Shown here piece by piece: positions 55,999 through 64,000 of a DNA stretch of 64,000 nucleotides (position 1 is the first letter of the stretch; every line of letters starts with the position of its first letter). Source of the DNA: Balanoglossus misakiensis (taxonomy: Eukaryota; Animalia; Hemichordata); assembly GCA_040954595.2 (NCBI GenBank), contig CM082590.2, positions 11,284,655 through 11,348,654 on the forward strand, read 5' to 3'. The translations under genes were made by a program, and so were the position numbers. The notes beneath the pieces are model-generated. The model had not been told where the DNA came from, searched no databases, and saw only the letters and a list, made by a program, of their open reading frames with translations.

Positions 55999-56415
55999 CC
56001 ATTCTAAATTTAGAACATGCCCCATGATACACAGCGCAGCTCTTTCCTAGATGTATTCTTCCGCAATCAACAAGTTCTTCTGAACATTTGTGAAATTAAA
56101 AAAAGTACCAAGAGCTTTCGTATTTACATTATTGTTGGATACACAGTAGGACACGGTGTTGCATCCAAGCGACATGACACAAGTGTTTAAAGGGGAGAAG
56201 TTATTGCGTCACCCCAGTCATAGGTCATAGGTCACATACGCTTGCGCCGCGTGGGGTGTCAATGGATATAGGGCGGAAGGTGTGTCATTCACAATATTTC
56301 ATTCTTCCTGGATGTAAATAACAACATAGCGGACTTTCAGCTGTTGACATTCGATCAGAAACCTGTCAACACGGAGTCAAAGAATGCCTGTACTTGTATG
56401 TAAGGTACTCATTGC

Positions 56416-58588
56416 ATGAACTACCGGCCTGATAATTTCCATGACAACTTTATCAACATGTCTATTGGCGGACTACCGTTTTGTTCATTTCCGTCCAGCT
56501 ACTTGGTAGCCAACCAGTTATCAACTTACTTGGATGTGCGGCACGAATTAGCGCAAGATTTCAGATGTTTTCTCCAAGAAATGGGCCTCGATTCTAAGCA
56601 CATCAACTTTCTTGATGATAGATATCAACGGCCAACCTACGAAGCTCTTGTCAAGGGACACTTGCGCGACAAATCTTTGGGAGATATTGTTGTTGTTTTG
56701 CAAAGATTGAATCGGGATGATTGTGTTGGAGTTATACACAAGGCTATCGTTGATCAAATTCGGCGAAAATCTGAAGAAGGCTTTCTCCAAAACAATGTCA
56801 ATAGAGAAGACTTAGGTAAGGACTAACTCTTCAATTTTGGAAGTTAATGCAAATGTCTATATCACAACAACCAACCTGACCTAAAGTATGTCTACAGACT
56901 ATATAAAGGAATGGAAACATTTAAAAAATGACAAACCTGTTGCTCTGTGACAGGTCTTGACGAATATTTCAGAACAAGTGTAATACAGCATAAATGAAAA
57001 ATTGAATGACCGATAATTTCTATAATGAAATTATGGTACCTTAGTATATACTTACAATATTTTTGTAAGGATGTTAGAATATTTCTGTAAGGGTATGCAA
57101 GTCATGATTTCTTAATAAATTGTTTACATTGTCTTGCAGGAAACACAGACATCCTGACAGTATTGTCATTTGATTGTAGCAGGTTATTAAAACCACAGGC
57201 CCCAAGACCCATCTATGCAATTGGTAAGTATACAATCATGAAGTTCCTATAACATTAATTATACTACAATTTTACTGGTACATGTATGTGAAAGATATGT
57301 CTTATACAGTATTGTGTTAACAATGATTCCTCTTGTTTTCCTCACCTAGGAACGCAATCAGAGCGAGAGATTTGGAATGTGATCTGTCAACATCTTCGCA
57401 TGATCAAAGAAGAAATACAACATTCTTTTACCACGTATATCATCCGTCTACCTACAGATCCCGGTGTAAAGTCATGTCTGCTGGCCTTAACAACCACTCT
57501 TGCAAGACTGATTCTCATGTTTCTTCTTTTAAATAACTCAATTATTGCAATCAATGTGCTGTTACCTTTGTGGAGTTCTGTTCACACCTTTTCGATCATA
57601 GAGCATCTAGCAGTCTTAATGCTTGTTCTCAGTGATTGGGTCTTGGAGCCGATGATTTGTGACTTACGAGACATTGTTCTTGAGAAAGATGTTCGCAAAA
57701 TGCTGCTGGATAAAACGGACAAGAAGAAAAAAATGAACAAAAAGAAGAAAAGAGGGAACTGGACTAAATATAGAAATACAAGTATTCAAGAAACAGGTCT
57801 GCGGGTAAGCAGTGTTTTACTTGTGTGGCAAATTCTTTGCATTTTTGGAGAGTGCTTTCAAAATGAATATTTTATCAAAGAATTAAAAAATAACTTCAGA
57901 TTCCAACTGGTTTTCACTGACATAAACCTCTATTCTACCAATGGCACTATAATCATTCAGAATAACAGTTTCCATGTGATTATTTGTGATTATGACAAGA
58001 AAACTATTGTCTTGATCCTTAGTCATCTGTAATAATTGTAATTCCTGTTATCTTTGACAGCAAATCCATTTCATTGAAGAAAGATGCAAAGAAGAGATCA
58101 CAGAATTGGAAGAAAAAGAGAAGAAACAGATGAAGGCCAACAGATCGACCTACTTCTTCATATTTCCAATTCAATTTGTAGTTTTTTTAGCCGGGATTTT
58201 TATTCAGGTGTTTGACATCACTGACGTTTCGCATAACGATCATTTGTTTAATTGTTGTCTTGTGATTTTGTTGTTAGATTTCAGTGTCCGTATGGTGCTG
58301 ATTTTAATGCATTACGTCACACTGAATTCAACAGATAGATTTAATGTGCAGCATGATCATTTAGACCAAAACTGCAAAAAAATTGAACAGTATTTTATCG
58401 AACTTTACAAAGAAGAACAATCTGAAAAAATGAGTCCAAGAAAGAAACCTTTCAAACGCCAAGCTTCAAGGTTAAGACTGAACAGTGAAAACCATGACAA
58501 CCAAGAACACAGAAATAAAAGTTTTAGGGACATAGGAGTCCAGGTGGATTATCAAACTGCACCGTTCATTTTTAATGGTCTTGTGTAA
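56416..58588 (+). CDS. Death-domain (MyD88/Tube-like) + multi-pass transmembrane protein, 488 aa, 4 exons
   Basis: Exons 56416-56815, 57140-57223, 57350-57804, 58061-58588 (GT-AG, phases 1,1,0; 1467 nt open). The N-terminus LSTYLD...DFRCFLQEMGL...I.FL...PTYEAL...SLGDIVVVLQRLNRDDC fits the death-domain helix pattern. Four hydrophobic segments follow. AATAAA at 59081-59086. Confidence 0.8.
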
Positions 58589-59398
58589 ATTCAGAATCTT
58601 CTGTATGTTTGAAAATCTCATGATGTCATAATCATAGAACATGTCACATCTTTAAACACAGAAAGCAAGACACTTAATTAAAGGTCAGCTATCTGTAACT
58701 TTTTTCTAGTATTTTTATTCTGTGTATCAACCATGGTTTGACGTTTGCTTCCCTTGGGGCAAAGTTTAATACCATGTTACTTTTTATCAAACTTCCATAT
58801 TATTGTAATAAATTGTGTAACACCTGTCATCGAGATATCAAATACATGTACATATAAATGTGTAGCAATGTTGACTGACTTTCACTATATCTTCAGTTAA
58901 CTATTACAAACATTCTCTATAACATTATATTTACTTACTAAGTTAGATTTCTAGAAATTCTCTTGAATCATGTGCATTGCAGTGATCAAGTTTTGATAAC
59001 CTAAATTATTATGTATATTTTGGAAAATCTAAATGAATGTCTAATTTTATTCATACCTTGAACCAGTATATTCATTATTTAATAAAGAAACAACCACTCA
59101 ATATTAGTCAAAACTATTTCCTTTTTTATTCGTTTTCATTTTAATTTGCATAATATCTTACCATCTGGCGTAAAAAGGTAATTAAAAGGGATGTTGTATG
59201 TTTCAAGGGGCTTTTCCTCTGTCAGCGCCCTCGCTCGATTGAAAGAGGATGTCATTTTGTTTTTCGCTGCACAAAGGATGCTGGGAAGTACATTTGCGCA
59301 TGTCCGAGACTGGAGGCGGCCATTTTGCTCGACGGAAAGTTTGGTGTGTTTCGTTTCAGTTGTTGTCATCGATAGACAAACCTTTAAAGTAGTTCAAA

Positions 59399-60870
59399 AT
59401 GACGACGAATTTTAAAGAAGTACCCGAAGACCTACAGTTTCAAGTGGAGTTAACTAGTGCTGGAGCCAAATTGGTGGTAGTTGACTTCACAGCGTCATGG
59501 TAAGCTATTTTTCTAAATCTTACAACTTTAATAGCAATGAATGATTCATCAAAAACAGGTCCTTCAATCGCCCACATGCAGAGCTCGGAATTAACAGTAA
59601 TCACTTGCAAACTGACTACCAATTGCTCCTTACTGAATAGTTACTGGTAGTCACCACTGACTACCACTAGGTGCAGCCATCTCATCTGTGTTATTGAATA
59701 GGCAGAACATCGTACCAGGTGAAATGTTAATTTCAAGCCCTGAAATGGATGGGCCTACTCCATCCAGCCATTCATTCATTCTGTGTGATTTCCATTTTTT
59801 CTGTTCCACTCAAGGTGTGGACCATGTCAGCGTATGGCGCCAGTTTTTAAACAACTGAGTGGCAAATATCCAACAGCCATGTTTCTCAAAGTGGACGTGG
59901 ATCAGTGTGTTGTAAGTATTGCCTCGTAACTCTTAATGCCTTCATTATCCTGTACTCTAGTCATCAATGCAATTTCAATTTATTTCACAGCAATATCTAA
60001 TTCTACTTTATTTGTTTTATTTGACAGCAAACTGCTCAATCTCACAATGTGCGAGCCATGCCCACATTTATGTTCTTCCGAAATAAAACATTGTTGGATG
60101 AAATGAGGGGAGCTGATCCGGTGATGTTGGAAGAGAAAATAAAACAATGGATAGGGAATGAAACTGAGACGGAATCTTCACAAAGTGGAGTTCCAGGACA
60201 CGTATGTAGAATCTTTGTACTTCTTACTTAACTTAGGATAAAATTTGTCATTGGCTAAGAACAATTTGACGGTAATTTAATATTGTTGTTGTATCTCACC
60301 ATTATTATGTTGTGGTTTGTTTACAGATGGATTTGAATTCAATGATAAGCAAACAAGGGAGTGAATGCTTAAATCAGAGTGACGATTGCGATTTTATCAG
60401 TGTCTTCAGCAAAAATGGTCCGTATCTTGAATCAGACTGTGATGAACAGGTATGTAGAGCAACATTTTATACCATTTTCCCCATTAACCCTTTCACCCCC
60501 AGTTCCCTCCAAGTGTACCATAGAAAACAATAGAGGGCACACTTTGGGGTGTACTCTGACACTGTCTATCGAGTCCCATCATAATAGACATTATGAGGTA
60601 CTAACTTTGTTTATTTCCCTTTTTTTCTCAACAGTTAATTTTACACATTGCATTTACACAGCCAATAAAACTGCATTCCATAAAGATGCATGGCAAATCT
60701 GATGAACTGGAGAAGGCACCAAAAACTGTGAAAATATTTAGTAACCTTCCAAATGCCTTAGATTTTGACAAAGCTGAAAGTTATGAACCAGTACAAACAT
60801 TACAGTAAGTCTATGAATGTCACTTGTGTCTACCTAGATTTGTCTGTCTCTGTCTGTATAAGTGCATCTG

Positions 60871-60913
<43 letters not shown>

Positions 60914-61887
60914 GGCTGTTTGACTGTGGCTCTATGACTCTACTTTGCCTAGATTTGCTGATTCAATAAAATTATAGACGGGCAATCTTGAAGAAAAAAA
61001 TACACATCTGACTCCAGTATATTTCCAGTTTTATTCGAAATCCCAGACTTTCTCACTCAGTTGTTATTTTGAATACATTACTCAGACTATCCAAGGAAGA
61101 TGTCACTGAAGACAATATACTAGGATTGAAGTATGTGAAGTACCAAAATGTTCAGAATGTTACGGTAAGTTTGGCTGCTATGGAAAAGTTTGTTTACACC
61201 AACAAAATATAAGTATGAATAGCAATGTAGGAGACTCCCTAGCCTGTGTATGAACTTTGGATTTTAAAATGGCCGCCAAGTTTAAAGTAATTATTGAATG
61301 AAGGCAAAGTTGTCTATGAACTTTGAAATTCAAAATGGCCGCCAAGTTTAAAGTAATTATTGAATGAAGGCAAAGTTGTCTATGAACTTTGAAATTCAAA
61401 ATGACCGCCAAGTTTAAAGTAGTGATTGAATGGGGGCAAAGTTGTGTATGAACTTTGAAATTCTAAATTACTGTGAAAATGTCTTTTACAGATTTTCGTA
61501 CGAGACAATCAAGATGGTGAAGAAACAACTATTATTGATTACATTAGTTTTATCGGTAGTCCAGTGGCAGCGACAAATATGGAGGATTTCAAGAGGGTGA
61601 GTCCAAACGTTTTTACGTCCCTTGATTAAGGACAGCATCTACCCATTATGCAAAACAAAAGCTGTGCATAAATTATGATTTATGAATTTGAGATTTGACT
61701 TTTGTTGATTGGATAATGGACAGCTCAATAAAAATATTTTTCCGTGTCTTGAAACAAACCACACATTCAAATTATCCAGTTTATCTAGATCACAATGTTT
61801 ATAAAGGAACATTTGTACAACTGCCCCTATAATTTTATGTCTTTTACTCTATTGCAGGTTGCAGGCAAGAAAGGGGAAAGTCACTGA
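59399..61887 (+). CDS. TXNL1: Thioredoxin-like protein 1 (Trx + PITH domain, 292 aa, 8 exons)
   Basis: Exons 59399-59499, 59815-59911, 60028-60201, 60327-60449, 60635-60804, 61086-61164, 61492-61596, 61858-61887 (879 nt). Motifs [35 protein letters not shown]-terminal [17 protein letters not shown]. Confidence 0.96.
60484..60531. mobile_element. piggyBac-like MITE fragment (left end) in TXNL1 intron
   Basis: TTAA-CCCTTTCACCCCCAGTTCCCTC...ACCATAGAAAACAA, matching the 53082 and 54169 copies. Confidence 0.65.
60871..60911. repeat. (TGTC)n microsatellite
   Basis: About 10 tandem TGTC units. Confidence 0.92.
61249..61467. repeat. 66-bp minisatellite (~3.3 units) containing CAAAATGGCCGCC
   Basis: Units start at 61249, 61315, 61381 and 61448. 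Confidence 0.9.
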
Positions 61888-62404
61888 TTTTTTTCTTGAC
61901 CAAACACGGGATTTCTAAGCCAACAATTTTCCCAAAAAAGAAAACCCAGTCTTCCTCAGTGTCATGAGGCATGAGGCTATGGGCATGAACACTTCAGCTA
62001 CTATTCCTGTCCATGTTTTTATTGTGACATTTCAAACATTAAAGTTATTTTCACTATCTGCATAATGTTTCTGAGTTGTGTTGTTATACACTTTCATCCT
62101 CGCATTTCAAAAATTACATAGACTTGATTTTTGCAACATGTTTCTGAGTTGTGTGTTATCCTACAGATTTGTGTTATAAGGGTTTTCATCATGACATTAC
62201 AAAAATTAAAGTTGCTATTGCAAACCTTAAATGGACTGGATTTCATCAAGAACATGTTTCAGAGTTTGAGTAAGCCTACTGATCTTTGTTATACTTTTAA
62301 CAAATAAAATTCATAATTTTAATTACAAGCTGATCCTCAAGGTTCTGAGTTTCTATCCCCCCCCCCCCCCTCCCATATACAGTATCCGTCTTAGAATGAA
62401 TTAG

Positions 62405-62605
62405 CTTTGGCATTCAAAATGGCCGCCAAGTTTAAAGTGGTGATTGATTGAGATTTAAATTGTCTAAACTTTGGGTTTCAAAATGGCCGCCAAGTTTAAA
62501 GTGGTGATTGATTGAGATTTAAATTGTCTAAACTTTGAGTTTCAAAATGGCCGCCAAATTTCAAGTAGTGATTGAATAAAATTGAAATTGTCTCTAAACT
62601 TTCAA
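62405..62605. repeat. ~64-bp minisatellite (~3 units), same family as 61249-61467
   Basis: TTCAAAATGGCCGCCAAGTTTAAAGTGGTGATTGA repeated three times. Confidence 0.88.
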
Positions 62606-63081
62606 AAACATTTGGCTTACAGGGTTGGCTGATATGCTGAAGTTGTCATGGCAATCTTGTACCTAAATTTTAATTGTCTTTTATATTCCTGTAGTTCAGC
62701 AGTTTTGAAGGATCTGAAACAAGAATATTAAGACTGAACAGATTTGGTATTGTCATGCAAGACTTAAGTTGTATGATACCGGTAAGTGCAACTATTTGCA
62801 GGAATAATGCGGTCGTCACTGAGGTGTGACTAAGTTTAATTTTCATTTAAAACCGTAGGGAAAATTGAATGGTGGGCTGTTGGACTTAGACATACCGTTG
62901 TCAAAAAAGCTTTACAACAGAGAGAACTTGATCGAATCACTTTATTTCCCGAAAACACTCTCAGGTAGAGTTATAGTAAAAAGGCAAAAAAAAAAAAGTA
63001 ACATCAACAAACAATGATTGTCACTGCCACTGGACAATTAAGTACTCAATATGAAACACAAATCCAAACATCAAACTCATG

Positions 63082-63958
63082 TCAGTTTTTTTTCTTGCAA
63101 TAGTAATCTTCATTTAAAAGATCACTTCTTCCAGTTAGAAAACACTCAAACCCCGCTTCTGTAAGCATTTCTAGAGCCTTTTCCCTCCCCCACATTGCTC
63201 CTAACCCAAAACTATCAGCACCACAGGACAACGATGTTGGCATACATCGGAAGAGACTGATGGTGTATAAGAAAGGTGCCCAAGGATGATCAAGATTATC
63301 AGCATGTTTGGTATGAGCTGCGATATCTTTCATCAAGAAATAACCATCATCTTTAATGAGATTTTTTATGCCTGACAAAAGTTTATCAGGACGGCCAACA
63401 TCATGAATGACATCTACACAATAGATGAGATCAAACTTCATTTTAAATTCGTCAATTTCGGCCATCTTTATCGCATCACCAAGGTGAAAGGTCACGTTGG
63501 TCAGTTCCATATTGGATGCGCGACACTTGGCTGCTGCAATTGGTTTCTCAGCCATGTCAATTCCATGGAATTCACAGTTGGGAAAGTCACGTGCCAGATA
63601 ACAGAGAGCAGCACCACTACCACATCCAACATCACAAACAACGGATGACGTCTCTGCATTGACATGGAAAAAAGTATACATCAAGTTATTGAACTGTCCA
63701 ATAAGGTAGGACATGCACTTTCTTATTGCTTCAAAATCACCATGCACATTATTTATTTGTGTGCTTTCAATTTAACTTCTGTTGTGGAAAGTTGATGTTT
63801 AGTAACGTCTCATGTGCTGGAAAACATTGGAAACTCACCTAAAATACTTTTAATGTCTTCATTATTTGTGAGAAATACTGGAGGCCGGTCTTTTAAACTT
63901 CGTGTTGCTAGCGCATCTGTCCAAGGAGGATGCAATGTGTATCTGTGGTAAGGAACTC
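63082..63958 (-). CDS. Class I SAM-dependent methyltransferase, Rv2258c-like (3' part; 5' exons lie beyond the window)
   Basis: Exons 63839-63958 (GVPYHRY...IKSIL) and 63082-63653, joined in phase 1. Motif I VCDVGCGSG, DVIHD, LYTISLFRCMPTSL and GLGAMWG are typical of the Rv2258c-like family. Confidence 0.88.
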
Positions 63959-64000
63959 CTGTAGATAATAAAAACAATTACATTTGTATAAAGATACAAT

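Noticed and set aside
61888-62050. SECIS element in the TXNL1 3' UTR (gene ends in TGA)
   Set aside because: The TGA follows the conserved terminal KKGESH, and I could not find a convincing AUGA/AA/GA stem.
63654-63747. N-terminus MHGDFEA... of the 221-aa methyltransferase ORF
   Set aside because: Intronic read-through; the acceptor at 63654-63656 joins in phase to exon 63839-63958.

Overview
AT-rich eukaryotic genomic DNA with GT-AG introns and microsatellites; it looks like a marine invertebrate, possibly a hemichordate or echinoderm (inference only). Genes assembled by hand from splice sites: cathepsin L (+), a RING-less coiled-coil/filamin/NHL protein (-), a NUPR1/p8-like peptide (+), a PrdX/YbaK (PRORSD1-like) deacylase frame with one in-frame stop (+), a TMEM79/MAPEG-like protein (+), a secreted Trp-rich GNPW-repeat protein (-), an SLC35G/EamA transporter (-), UBE2Z (+), a death-domain plus ~4-TM protein (+), TXNL1 (+) and the 3' end of an Rv2258c-like SAM methyltransferase (-). 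About 23 kb (18-41 kb) has no recognisable gene. The top candidate system is NUPR1 spliced into an exon that carries the tRNA-editing domain, with an overlapping out-of-frame uORF (ATF4-like layout), two mutually exclusive hairpins around the start codon, and ATF/CRE sites in the promoter. The second is an NF-kB-site-preceded gene joining a MyD88-like death domain to a multi-pass membrane module. All homology calls come from motif recognition; no searches were run.
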